A stretch of DNA of 32,000 nucleotides, taken from NCBI RefSeq assembly GCF_902713755.1, contig NZ_LR744089.1. The stretch is one strand, 5' to 3'. A program made the position numbers and the translations under genes. The notes under the pieces were generated by a model, which was given only the letters and a program-made list of their open reading frames with translations, was not told where the DNA came from and did not search any database. Source of the DNA: Candidatus Saccharimonadota bacterium. GTDB lineage: Bacteria; Pseudomonadota; Gammaproteobacteria; Johnevansiales; Johnevansiaceae. Of the stretch, positions 1 through 9,376 are shown piece by piece. The number at the start of each line of letters is the position of its first letter. Positions within the stretch are counted from its first letter, which is position 1.

Positions 1-180
1 TCCAATATCACTAATTTGTCCACAAGATTCAAAAACAAATGATGTTGTTTTTAAAATAATAATTCCTTCTATATTTTCTTTTATAACTTGTATTTTTTTA
101 CCTTTTTTATTACAAATTTGTATTATATTACTTTTAATGTTTTTTTTCCTTTCTTGTATATATTTAATAACCTCTATTCT
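1..180 (-). CDS. Possible 5' end of an unidentified CDS running off the left edge; no canonical start codon
   Basis: The minus-strand frame is open from the in-frame TAA at 181-183 to position 1. It translates as RIEVIKYIQERKKNIKSNIIQICNKKGKKIQVIKENIEGIIILKTTSFVFESCGQISDIG, which has the K/N/I-rich composition of real proteins in this window. It contains no ATG, GTG or TTG, only ATA (175-177) or ATT (166-168). I do not recognise the family. Confidence 0.25.
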
Positions 181-189
181 TTACTATAA

Positions 190-213
190 CTATAATTTAT
201 ACTATAATTTATA
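190..213. repeat. Perfect tandem duplication of the 12-mer CTATAATTTATA (2 copies, preceded by a partial CTATAA at 184-189)
   Basis: Direct reading: 190-201 is identical to 202-213. Each copy contains TATAAT. It lies 12 nt upstream of the mutS ATG. Confidence 0.9.
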
Positions 214-224
214 TAATACAACTT

Positions 225-2756
225 ATGAAAAATAATTTATATAATACAACCCCAATAATTACACAATATTTAAAAATAAAAAATAAATATAAAAATATTT
301 TATTATTATATCGAATGGGTGATTTTTATGAATTTCTTTTTGAAGATGCACATAAAGCGTCTGCTTTATTAAATATACAATTAACTAGTAAAGGAAAATA
401 TAATAATAAACCTATTCCAATGGCTGGAATACCTTATCATAGGATAAATACATATTTAAAACGTATCATAACTAACGGAATATCTGTTGCTATTTGTGAA
501 CAAATACAAAATAATAAAAAAACTAATACCAAATTAATAGAAAGAAAAGTAATTCGAGTAATAACACCTGGAACTATATATGAAGAAAATTTATTAGATG
601 AAAATAAAGATAATTTAATTTTATCAATAATATATAAAAATACTATATGGGGTATTTCTTGGTTAGAATTCACAACAGGCGATTTTGGAGTTTTAGAAGT
701 TAATAATACACACAATTTAATTTTAGAATTAGAAAGATTAAATCCTGTTGAATTATTAATTCCTAGTTCAACTAAACACTTACCTACACTTCCCATAAAA
801 AAATCAATAATAAAATATATAAATGATGACTTTTTTAATTATAACAATGCTTATAATATATTGTATAACAAATTAAACATAAAAAATATAGATACTAAAC
901 TTCATAATGGTATATCTGCAGCTGGGGCTATAATTCAATATATAAATAATAATAAAATTTATAATTTATCACATATTAATCATTTAATTTTTGAAAAAAA
1001 CAAATATAAGTTAAATATAGATCTTACCACTAAAAAACATTTAGAACTTGATATAAATGTTAATGGTAAACAAGAAAATACATTATTTAGTGTTTTAAAC
1101 ACCACAATGACAAATATGGGTAGTAGATTATTAAAAAAATGGATTAATAATCCCATTACAAATTATAAATTAATTGAATTAAGACAAAATGCTATTCATA
1201 TTATTATAAATAATGATTTAATATATATTTTACAAAACAATATCAAAAAAATTGGCGATATAGAACGTATAATTACTAGAATAGCTTTAAAAAAAGCAAA
1301 ACCCCTAGATTTAATCAAATTAAAAAACGCTTTAAAAGTATTTCCTAAAATTAAAAATATATTAAATAGAATTTTAAAAAAAAATCAACACATAAAATCT
1401 ATACTTAATAATATATATCTATATATAAAAATATATCCAAATATAGATTTACTTTTACATGATGCTTTAATCGACAATCCTCCTAATACTATTAGAGATG
1501 GATATGTAATAAAATCTCATTTTAATCTCAAATTAGATACATTACGTGAAATCTATAATAATTCAGAAAAGTATATAAAAAAATTTGAAAATAAAGAAAA
1601 AATTCGTACAGGTATCTCTAAACTAAAAATTAATTTTAATAAACTTAATGGTTTTTTTATAGAATTACCTAAAAAACATACTTACAAAATACCTAAAGAA
1701 TATATAAAAAATAAAACATTAAAACATTCAGAAAGATTTTATTCTAAAGAATTAAAATCTTTTGAAAATTTATTAATAGAATCTAAAGAAAACTCAATAG
1801 AATATGAAAAAAAAATTTATAAAAAAATAATTAATATTCTTATTAATAATATTAATTGTTTATTAAAAACATCAAAAGCAATAGCAGCATTAGACGTGAT
1901 TACAACTTTATCTGAAAGAGCTTTAGCTCTGAATTTTTGTAAACCAATAATAAATAAAAACAAAATAGGCATAAAAATCATAGAGGGTAGACATCCTATA
2001 ATAGAATCTGTAAATAAACATCAATTTATACCTAATAATTTATATTTAAATCATAATCATAATATAAACATTATTACAGGACCCAACATGGGTGGTAAAT
2101 CTACTTATATTAGACAAAATGCCATAATAGTTTTATTAACTTATATAGGAAGTTATGTACCTGCTAAATATGCTGAAATCGGTCCTATTGATAAAATTTT
2201 TACTAGAATAGGATCTTATGATGATTTAAGTGCAGGCAAATCAACATTTATGATAGAAATGCATGAAACTGCTAATATATTAAATAACGCAACATTTAAA
2301 AGTTTAGTATTAATGGATGAAATAGGAAGAGGAACTAACCCTACTGAGGGTTTATCTATCGCTTGGGCATGTTTAGAAAAATTAATACAAATTAAAGCTT
2401 TAACTTTATTTTCTACTCATTATTTTAGTTTAACTCAAATAGACAAAAAATTTAAACAAATAAAAAATATACATTTTAATGCCTTAATAAATCATAATAA
2501 AATTACTTTTATGTATAATATTAATCAAGGTGCCACAAACAACAGTTATAGTTTAACTGTTGCTAGTTTAGCACATATACCACATTTTATTATAAATAAA
2601 TCCACACAAATTTTAACAATATTAAAAAAACATAAAACAAATCATACAAAAATATATAAGTTAATAAATTTTATCAAAACATTTAAAATTAAAAAATTAA
2701 CCATTTATCTAAAATTTTTCAAAACTTTAATCAACAAAATCAAACATATCACTTAA
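225..2756 (+). CDS. mutS: DNA mismatch repair protein MutS
   Basis: 843 aa. N-terminal mismatch-binding motif MGDFYEF (Phe-x-Glu). Walker A GPNMGGKSTY, Walker B LVLMDEIGRGT, and STHYF. Length is close to E. coli MutS. Confidence 0.95.
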   Translation: MKNNLYNTTPIITQYLKIKNKYKNILLLYRMGDFYEFLFEDAHKASALLNIQLTSKGKYNNKPIPMAGIPYHRINTYLKRIITNGISVAICEQIQNNKKTNTKLIERKVIRVITPGTIYEENLLDENKDNLILSIIYKNTIWGISWLEFTTGDFGVLEVNNTHNLILELERLNPVELLIPSSTKHLPTLPIKKSIIKYINDDFFNYNNAYNILYNKLNIKNIDTKLHNGISAAGAIIQYINNNKIYNLSHINHLIFEKNKYKLNIDLTTKKHLELDINVNGKQENTLFSVLNTTMTNMGSRLLKKWINNPITNYKLIELRQNAIHIIINNDLIYILQNNIKKIGDIERIITRIALKKAKPLDLIKLKNALKVFPKIKNILNRILKKNQHIKSILNNIYLYIKIYPNIDLLLHDALIDNPPNTIRDGYVIKSHFNLKLDTLREIYNNSEKYIKKFENKEKIRTGISKLKINFNKLNGFFIELPKKHTYKIPKEYIKNKTLKHSERFYSKELKSFENLLIESKENSIEYEKKIYKKIINILINNINCLLKTSKAIAALDVITTLSERALALNFCKPIINKNKIGIKIIEGRHPIIESVNKHQFIPNNLYLNHNHNINIITGPNMGGKSTYIRQNAIIVLLTYIGSYVPAKYAEIGPIDKIFTRIGSYDDLSAGKSTFMIEMHETANILNNATFKSLVLMDEIGRGTNPTEGLSIAWACLEKLIQIKALTLFSTHYFSLTQIDKKFKQIKNIHFNALINHNKITFMYNINQGATNNSYSLTVASLAHIPHFIINKSTQILTILKKHKTNHTKIYKLINFIKTFKIKKLTIYLKFFKTLINKIKHIT

Positions 2757-3629
2757 TTATATTTTTTTTCCATAATTTTGATTTTTTGCTTTATAACTAG
2801 ATCTTATTAAAGGACCAGAAGCAATATAATTAAAACCTAAAATATAACATATTTTTGCATAAAAATAAAAAGTTTTTGGATGAACCCATCGTTGAATTGG
2901 TAAATGAAATTTAGATGGTGAAATATATTGTCCTATAGATATAATATCTACTTTATTTTTTTTTATATCTTTTATAACTTTTATAATCTGTTTATCATTT
3001 TCACCTACTCCTACCATTAAACCTGATTTAGTTTTTACTTTTGGACAATAATTTTTATATTGTTTTAATAAATTAAGTGAATAAAAATAATTTCCACCGG
3101 GTTTAACTTTAAAATATAAATTGTGTATAGTTTCTATATTATGATTTAATACATTAGGTTTATTTTTTATTAATATCGTAATCGCAATATCACTTTTTCC
3201 TCTAAAATCAGGTACTAAAACTTCTATTTTGATATTTTTATATAATCGTTTTATTGCTCCAATACATTTTGAAAAGTGATTAGCTCCTCCATCATATAAA
3301 TCGTCACGATTTACTGAAGTAATAACTATATATTTTATATTTAATTTAATAAGTATTTTGATTATATCAAAAGGTTCATAATAATTTATATTATTGGTAT
3401 TACCATATAACACATCACAAAAAGGACATTTTCTAGTACATTTATTTCCTAAAATCATAATTGTTGATATACGTTCATTAAAACATTTTATTATATTAGG
3501 ACAAGAGGATTCTTCACAAACTGTATGTAAATAATTTTTCCTTAATTTATTTTTTATATTTTTGATTTCATTATATATAGGTATACGTAATTTAATCCAA
3601 GTAGGTTTTAACAATAATGTTTGTTTCAT
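2757..3629 (-). CDS. lipA: Lipoyl synthase (radical SAM)
   Basis: 290 aa. Two Cys clusters typical of LipA: CEESSCPNIIKCF and CTRKCPFCDV. An AAGAGG Shine-Dalgarno sits just upstream of the ATG. Confidence 0.93.
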   Translation of the reverse strand: MKQTLLLKPTWIKLRIPIYNEIKNIKNKLRKNYLHTVCEESSCPNIIKCFNERISTIMILGNKCTRKCPFCDVLYGNTNNINYYEPFDIIKILIKLNIKYIVITSVNRDDLYDGGANHFSKCIGAIKRLYKNIKIEVLVPDFRGKSDIAITILIKNKPNVLNHNIETIHNLYFKVKPGGNYFYSLNLLKQYKNYCPKVKTKSGLMVGVGENDKQIIKVIKDIKKNKVDIISIGQYISPSKFHLPIQRWVHPKTFYFYAKICYILGFNYIASGPLIRSSYKAKNQNYGKKI

Positions 3630-3681
3630 AACCTCTTACCTATTTTTATTAAAAAACATTTCTAAAAGTTCCTATAATATT

Positions 3682-3770
3682 TGGAAGGCGTGGGATTTGA
3701 ACCCACGAATTTTATTTATCAAATTACTTGTTTTCGAAACAAGTGCAATCAACCTCTCTGCCAGCCTTCC
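3682..3770 (-). tRNA. tRNA-Ser (anticodon CGA), long variable arm, no encoded CCA
   Basis: The reverse complement reads GGAAGGC-TG-GCAG...CTTGT-TTCGAAA-ACAAG-(long variable arm)-GTGGG-TTCAAAT-CCCAC-GCCTTCC-A. It has a 7-bp acceptor stem and a 7-nt anticodon loop with CGA at positions 34-36. It is a GC-rich island in AT-rich DNA. Ends are +/-1 nt. Confidence 0.88.
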
Positions 3771-3778
3771 TTTATATA

Positions 3779-3866
3779 CGGAGGGACAGGGATTTGAACC
3801 CTGGAAAAGTAATTAGCTTTTGTCGGTTTTCAAAACCGATGCATTCAACCACTCTGCCACCCCTCC
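3779..3866 (-). tRNA. tRNA-Ser (anticodon UGA), long variable arm, no encoded CCA
   Basis: The reverse complement reads GGAGGGG-TG-GCAG...TCGGT-TTTGAAA-ACCGA-(long variable arm)-CAGGG-TTCAAAT-CCCTG-TCCCTCC-G. The anticodon is TGA. It lies 8 nt from the neighbouring tRNA-Ser. Confidence 0.88.
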
Positions 3867-3870
3867 TATT

Positions 3871-4317
3871 TTAGGATATAGTTATAATAATTTTATTGTT
3901 ATTTAAATTATTAATTTCATTATAAAATTTATTTTTTTTAACACAAATAATATATTTTATATTCTTTTTATTTATTCCTTTTAAAACTAAATTATTAACT
4001 ATAAAATTCATTCTATATTTATTTAAATATAAATTATATTTTATATTTCCTAAACCTATTGTATCAATTTTTAATAATATTTTTTTATTTGGATTATTAC
4101 GCATATATATAATATATTGATTTAACATATTATTAAATTTGTTATTAAAAAAATAAAGATCATAATTAAAATAAATATGTTTAATAAAAGGTAATTTATT
4201 ATAAAAAAATTCATTATTTAATTTAATATTATTAAAAAAAATAATATTATTTTTTTTTAATAAAATTAATATTGAAAATAATATTATTATTTTTTTTAAT
4301 ATATTTTTTTTGTTCAT
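3871..4317 (-). CDS. Degenerate OmpA-family / peptidoglycan-associated (Pal-like) protein with an N-terminal hydrophobic anchor
   Basis: 148 aa. The C-terminal ~100 aa aligns by eye to the OmpA-like domain of E. coli Pal. IYFNYDLY matches IVYFDLDKY, MRNNPNKKILL matches LRSNPSYKVTV, KYNLYLNKYRMNFIVNNLVLKGI matches [23 protein letters not shown], and the terminal NNKIIITI matches NRRAVLVY. The N-terminus has a hydrophobic stretch IIILFSILILL but no lipobox Cys. Its start overlaps the ruvC stop in an ATGA. Confidence 0.55.
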   Translation of the reverse strand: MNKKNILKKIIILFSILILLKKNNIIFFNNIKLNNEFFYNKLPFIKHIYFNYDLYFFNNKFNNMLNQYIIYMRNNPNKKILLKIDTIGLGNIKYNLYLNKYRMNFIVNNLVLKGINKKNIKYIICVKKNKFYNEINNLNNNKIIITIS

Positions 4318-4805
4318 ATTATATTTTTTTTCTTTTTATTTATATTATAATAATGTGTTAAAGCAATTGCTATTGCATCTATAGCATCATAATTCTTAAT
4401 ATATCTTACTTTAAAAAACGAAGAAACTATTTTTTTTAAAATGACTTTAGTTGATGCACCATATCCTGTAATACATTGTTTAATTAAACGAGATGAATAT
4501 TCAAAAACTGGTAAATTATTATTTGCAGCGCATACTATAGCTGTTCCTCTAGCTTGAATTAACCTTAAAGTTTTAAAAATATTTTTTTTATTAGATATAA
4601 ATACTTCTTCTATTGCAATTTCATAAGGGCAATAATGAGATATTATCTCACTAATTCCACTATATATCAAATTTAATTTTTTTGAAAAATTATTAATTTT
4701 AATCACATTTATATAACCACTATCCATATAATATGGATAATCTTTTATCTTTATTAAACCAAACCCTGTTTTTAACAAACCGGGATCTATACCTAAATAT
4801 ATCAT
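4314..4805 (-). CDS. ruvC: Holliday junction resolvase RuvC
   Basis: 163 aa. Starts MIYLGIDPGLLKTGFG. Catalytic acidic residues are present (IDPG, AIEEVF, YDAIDAIAIALTH). The stop is TGA inside an ATGA overlap. Confidence 0.9.
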   Translation of the reverse strand: MIYLGIDPGLLKTGFGLIKIKDYPYYMDSGYINVIKINNFSKKLNLIYSGISEIISHYCPYEIAIEEVFISNKKNIFKTLRLIQARGTAIVCAANNNLPVFEYSSRLIKQCITGYGASTKVILKKIVSSFFKVRYIKNYDAIDAIAIALTHYYNINKKKKNII

Positions 4806-4812
4806 TGTAAAT

Positions 4813-6492
4813 TTATGAAGGTGCTCCTGTTAAATAACAAATCAATTTGTTGTTTTTAGGAAACGCAATAACATCTCTAATATTATTAGATTTTGTTAAT
4901 AACATTACTATACGATCTAAACCTAACGCTAACCCTCCATGTGGTGGTACAGCATATTTAAAAGCTTTTAAAAAAAAACCAAAATTTTTATTAATTTTTG
5001 TATAACTTAATCCTAATATTTTTAATATTATTTTTTGAATTTTTTCATCATTTATACGAATTGACCCCCCACCTAATTCAATACCATTAATTATTAAATC
5101 AAAAGAATTAGCAACAGATTGTTCTGGATTATATATTAATTCGTCTAATTTAGATTTAGGTGCAGTAAATGGATGATGATATGATGTTAAAATTCCTGAA
5201 TCATCACGTTTAAATAAAGGAAAATTTATCACCCATATAGGAGCCCATTGGTTGATATAAAGATTAAAATCTTTTGCTAATTTTGTTATTAACGCTGACA
5301 AGGAATTGTTTACAATATTTTTTTTATCAGCACAACACAAAATTATATCTCCATTTTTTATATGTAATTTTTTGATAAGGTTTTTGATAAATTCCTCTGT
5401 TATATTTTTTAAAATAGGAGATTTTAAACCATTTAAACCTAATTCTATATTGTAAAATTTTATCCATATTAACCCTTTTGCACCATATACTTTAACCAAA
5501 GTAATATATTTTTTAATTTGTTTAATAGATAAACACACACCCCCTTTTATTTTTATAGCGCCTATTCTGTTATTTTTACTTTTTTGTAATATATTTTTAG
5601 GCATTAAATCATCTATATCTTTTATCTTTATTGGAATTCTTAAATCCGGTTTATCTGTTCCATATTTTTTTATAGCCTCTGTATATTCTAGTTTTTTAAA
5701 TTCTGTTGAGAAATTTAAATTCAATATTTCTTTAAATAAATATTTTATCATATTTTCAATTATATTAATTATTGTTTGCGAGTTCATAAATGAAGTTTCT
5801 ATATCAATTTGTGTAAATTCTGGTTGTCTATCAGACCGTAAATCTTCATCTCTAAAACATTTAGCGATTTGATAATATCTATCTAAACCTGACAACATTA
5901 AAATTTGTTTATATATTTGAGGTGATTGAGGTAAAGCAAAAAATTTATTGAAATTTTTATGACTTTTTATAATAAAAGTACGCGCTCCTTCAACCGTAAG
6001 ATTGCTTAATATAGGTGTTTCGATTTCAATAAATTTATTAAAATTTAAAAATTTTCTAATTTTATGATTGATTTTAGAACGAAGAATTAACTTATTTATA
6101 TATTTTTTACGACGTAAATCAATATAACGATATTGAAATCTTAATTCTTCTTTAATTTTTTTATTATCATATATTTTAAACGGTAAAGTTATTGATTTAC
6201 TTAAAATATTTAATTCAATTATAAATATATCAATCATATTATTTTTTACAGGTCTTAATTTTATTAATCCTATTATTTTTATAATATATTCAGATTTTAT
6301 TTTTTTTGCTAACACAAAATTTGTAAAATCAATTTTTTTTGAATCAATAACTATTTGAATTATACCATACATATCACGTAAATCTATAAATAAAATTCCA
6401 CCATGATCACGAATTTTATTCACCCATCCGTATAACGTTACATAACTATTTATAAAATTTTGATTGACTTTACCACAATAATTAATACGCAT
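4813..6492 (-). CDS. aspS: Aspartyl-tRNA synthetase (class IIb)
   Basis: 559 aa. Motifs [26 protein letters not shown] and GLALGLDR. The N-terminal OB fold begins YCG...VTLYGWV. Confidence 0.95.
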   Translation of the reverse strand: MRINYCGKVNQNFINSYVTLYGWVNKIRDHGGILFIDLRDMYGIIQIVIDSKKIDFTNFVLAKKIKSEYIIKIIGLIKLRPVKNNMIDIFIIELNILSKSITLPFKIYDNKKIKEELRFQYRYIDLRRKKYINKLILRSKINHKIRKFLNFNKFIEIETPILSNLTVEGARTFIIKSHKNFNKFFALPQSPQIYKQILMLSGLDRYYQIAKCFRDEDLRSDRQPEFTQIDIETSFMNSQTIINIIENMIKYLFKEILNLNFSTEFKKLEYTEAIKKYGTDKPDLRIPIKIKDIDDLMPKNILQKSKNNRIGAIKIKGGVCLSIKQIKKYITLVKVYGAKGLIWIKFYNIELGLNGLKSPILKNITEEFIKNLIKKLHIKNGDIILCCADKKNIVNNSLSALITKLAKDFNLYINQWAPIWVINFPLFKRDDSGILTSYHHPFTAPKSKLDELIYNPEQSVANSFDLIINGIELGGGSIRINDEKIQKIILKILGLSYTKINKNFGFFLKAFKYAVPPHGGLALGLDRIVMLLTKSNNIRDVIAFPKNNKLICYLTGAPS

Positions 6493-6573
6493 TTTTTATT
6501 TCCATAAAAATATATAAGTTACAATAATTATTTATTATAATGAATCTATATATAAATATTATAAGAGATATTA

Positions 6574-7920
6574 ATGAAAATTAATAATATTATTCCTAAA
6601 TTATTTAAAGCTTTATCAAAAAAAGATTATAAAAAAATAAAAAGTTTATTAAAATATTTTCGTTCAGCTGATATTGCTGATATAATTTCACTGAAATCAA
6701 ATAAATTCATAATACAAATATTAAATAGTCAAAACTCCAAAAGAAAAGCTGATATTTTTTCTTATTTACCAAAAGATAAACAACTTGAAATTACTAAAGA
6801 ACTTAATAATGAAGAAATAATAAAAATTTTTGTAAAAATGAATTCTGATGATAGTGCTGATGTATTTAATATGTTTGAACCAATACGTAGAGAAAATATT
6901 TTACGTAGTATGGCAAATAAAGTTAGAGAAAATATTAGAAAACTTTCTAGTTATGAAGATGGAACTGCTGGTGCTATTATGACATCAAATTATGTTGTTA
7001 TACCTGAAAATATCAATGTATTAAAAGCGTTAAACAAAATCAAACAAACGGCACCAGATGCAGAAACCATTTATCAAATATATGTATTAGATAAAAATCA
7101 AAAATTAACTGGAACATTATCATTACGTCAAATTATTTTAGCTAATCCTATTGCTTTAATAAAAGATTTAATGATAAAAGATGTAATATATGTTAATACC
7201 AATTCAAAACAAGAATATGTAACTAAAATGATTTCACATTATGATTTTTTAGCCATACCTGTAATTAATTCTGAACATAAATTAGTAGGCATCATTACAT
7301 ATGATGATGCTATGGATGTTGTCGAAAGAGAAACAACAGATGATTTTCATAAATCAGGTAGTGTAGGTACTTTAGAATATAATATTGTTCGTACAAAATT
7401 ATGGACGTTATATAGTAAACGTATATTTTGGTTAGTTTTATTAATTTTTGGTAATTTATTTTCTGGAGCTGGAATATCACAATATGAAGATACCATTTAT
7501 TCTAAAATATCTTTAGTTTTTTTCTTACCTTTATTAATAGGTAGTGGGGGTAATGCTGGATCACAAGCAGCTACTCTTATGATAAGAGGTTTAGGTACAG
7601 GAGAAATTAACATTAAAGATTGGGCTAAATTAATGAGTAAAGAATTATTAGTTTCCGGAATATTAGGTTTCACAATGGCCATTGTAATATATCCAATTGG
7701 ATATATTCGAGGAGGAATCGAAGTAGCATATTCTGTAGCGATTAGTATGATAATCATTGTTATTATAGGTAGTTTACTTGGTATGTCGTTACCTTTTTTT
7801 TTAAATCGATTAGGATTCGATCCTGCTGCTGCTAGTGCTCCTTTAGTTGCTACTTTATGTGATTCACTAGGAGTTTTAATTTTTTTTTCTATAGCAACAT
7901 TAATACTTAACGTCAACTAG
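6574..7920 (+). CDS. mgtE: Magnesium transporter MgtE
   Basis: 448 aa. It has an N-domain, tandem CBS region (TAGAIMTSNYVVI, LAIPVINSEHKLVGIITYDD) and a C-terminal TM domain with GGNAGSQ. The TAG stop is followed immediately by an in-frame TAA. Confidence 0.92.
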   Translation: MKINNIIPKLFKALSKKDYKKIKSLLKYFRSADIADIISLKSNKFIIQILNSQNSKRKADIFSYLPKDKQLEITKELNNEEIIKIFVKMNSDDSADVFNMFEPIRRENILRSMANKVRENIRKLSSYEDGTAGAIMTSNYVVIPENINVLKALNKIKQTAPDAETIYQIYVLDKNQKLTGTLSLRQIILANPIALIKDLMIKDVIYVNTNSKQEYVTKMISHYDFLAIPVINSEHKLVGIITYDDAMDVVERETTDDFHKSGSVGTLEYNIVRTKLWTLYSKRIFWLVLLIFGNLFSGAGISQYEDTIYSKISLVFFLPLLIGSGGNAGSQAATLMIRGLGTGEINIKDWAKLMSKELLVSGILGFTMAIVIYPIGYIRGGIEVAYSVAISMIIIVIIGSLLGMSLPFFLNRLGFDPAAASAPLVATLCDSLGVLIFFSIATLILNVN

Positions 7921-7925
7921 TAAGA

Positions 7926-9302
7926 TTATTGTATTGGTGACGCTAAAAAAGCTGTTTTAGAAATTAATTTATTTATTAACGAACGACATTTTATTTCATT
8001 TAATTTTATTAATTTACAATATAATAAATCTTGTTTTAACATATAATCAACATCTTTAGCAAAATCATAATCAATTATATATGCTGTTATTTCAAAATTT
8101 AATCTAAAAGATCTATTATCTAAATTTATAGTTCCTACTGAAGCTGTATGATCGTCTATTAACATAACTTTTTGATGTAAAAAACCTTTTATATATTTAT
8201 ATATTTTTACTCCAAATTTTATTAATTCAGATAAATAACTAAATGTAGATAAATAAACCAATAAATGATCTGTACGTTCCGGTATAATTATTTTAACATC
8301 TACACCTCTTAATGCTGCTAATTTTAATGAATCCATTACACTTTGATCTGGAATAAAATAAGGACTAGTTATCCAAAATTTTTTTTTTGCTATATTTATT
8401 GAATTTTGAATTAATAGGCTTGCATTATTTATATTATAAACAGGACCACTTGGTACAATAATTATATGTTGATTTTTTTTGTTTGATATTATTGGTTTCC
8501 AATTTAAATTTTTTATTTTTGTTTCTGTTGTCCAATACCAGTCTTCTAAAAAAATTTCTTGTAAAAATAAAACACTAGGTCCTATTATATGTAAATGTGT
8601 ATCTCTCCAATATCCTATTTTTTTATTTCTACCTAAATATTCAAGTCCGATATTTAATCCTCCTGTCCATGCTTCTTTACCATCTACTATTAGTAATTTT
8701 CTATGATTACAAAAATTTATTTTTAAAATATTTTTCCACCCTTTACAAAAACCAAAATAAAAAATTTTTATTCCTGCTTTTTGTAATTCTTTTATAAAAA
8801 TTTTTGATAAATTATGACTACCAATTTTATCATAAATAACAAAAATTTCAATACCTTTTTTTGCGCTATATATTAAAAGTTGTTTTAATTTTTGACCTAT
8901 TATATCATTTTTTATTATAAAAAATTGAAGTAAAATATATTTTTTTGCTCTTTTTATACCATCAAACATACTTTTAAATGTAATATACCCATTTATTAAT
9001 AATTTGGCAAAATTTTCTTTCGTCAAAGGAAACATTGCTAATTTTTCTACTACTTGTACATTACAATTTATATATGGTTTAAATTTTTTATTATGTAAAA
9101 TATTTTTTTTTCTTATGTATCCGCAAAAATTAGGACAAGATAATATCCAAAATATAGGAATTGATAAATAAGGAAATGTTATTAACGATATAAACCAAGC
9201 AATAGCACCTTGAGCTGTTCTACTTATCATAATAGCTATTATTATAGAAAATAATAATATTAAAAATATTATTATATTAAAAATATTAAAAATATAATTC
9301 AT
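7926..9302 (-). CDS. cls: Cardiolipin synthase (PLD superfamily, ClsA-like)
   Basis: 458 aa. Two N-terminal TM helices and two HKD motifs (HRKLLIVDG and HQKVMLIDD). Confidence 0.9.
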   Translation of the reverse strand: MNYIFNIFNIIIFLILLFSIIIAIMISRTAQGAIAWFISLITFPYLSIPIFWILSCPNFCGYIRKKNILHNKKFKPYINCNVQVVEKLAMFPLTKENFAKLLINGYITFKSMFDGIKRAKKYILLQFFIIKNDIIGQKLKQLLIYSAKKGIEIFVIYDKIGSHNLSKIFIKELQKAGIKIFYFGFCKGWKNILKINFCNHRKLLIVDGKEAWTGGLNIGLEYLGRNKKIGYWRDTHLHIIGPSVLFLQEIFLEDWYWTTETKIKNLNWKPIISNKKNQHIIIVPSGPVYNINNASLLIQNSINIAKKKFWITSPYFIPDQSVMDSLKLAALRGVDVKIIIPERTDHLLVYLSTFSYLSELIKFGVKIYKYIKGFLHQKVMLIDDHTASVGTINLDNRSFRLNFEITAYIIDYDFAKDVDYMLKQDLLYCKLIKLNEIKCRSLINKLISKTAFLASPIQ

Positions 9303-9318
9303 ACAAATTGTATTAATA

Positions 9319-9376
9319 AAGGTTTTAAGGTTTTAAGGTTTTAAGGTTTTAAGGTTTTAAGGTTTTAAGGTTTTTA
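9319..9376. repeat. Microsatellite (GGTTTTAA)n: six perfect 8-bp units plus flanking partial or variant units
   Basis: Direct reading: 9321-9368 is 6 x GGTTTTAA. AA precedes it at 9319-9320 and the variant GGTTTTTA follows at 9369-9376. On the minus strand it lies 16 nt upstream of the cls start codon. Confidence 0.97.

Noticed and set aside
9319-9376. The 8-bp array considered as a CRISPR array or a telomere-like repeat.
   Set aside because: The units are contiguous with no spacers and far too short for CRISPR, and there are no cas genes. The resemblance to T/G-rich eukaryotic telomere units is superficial: TTTTAAGG is not a known unit to my knowledge. The array is also internal to a bacterial gene array between a tRNA operon and cls.
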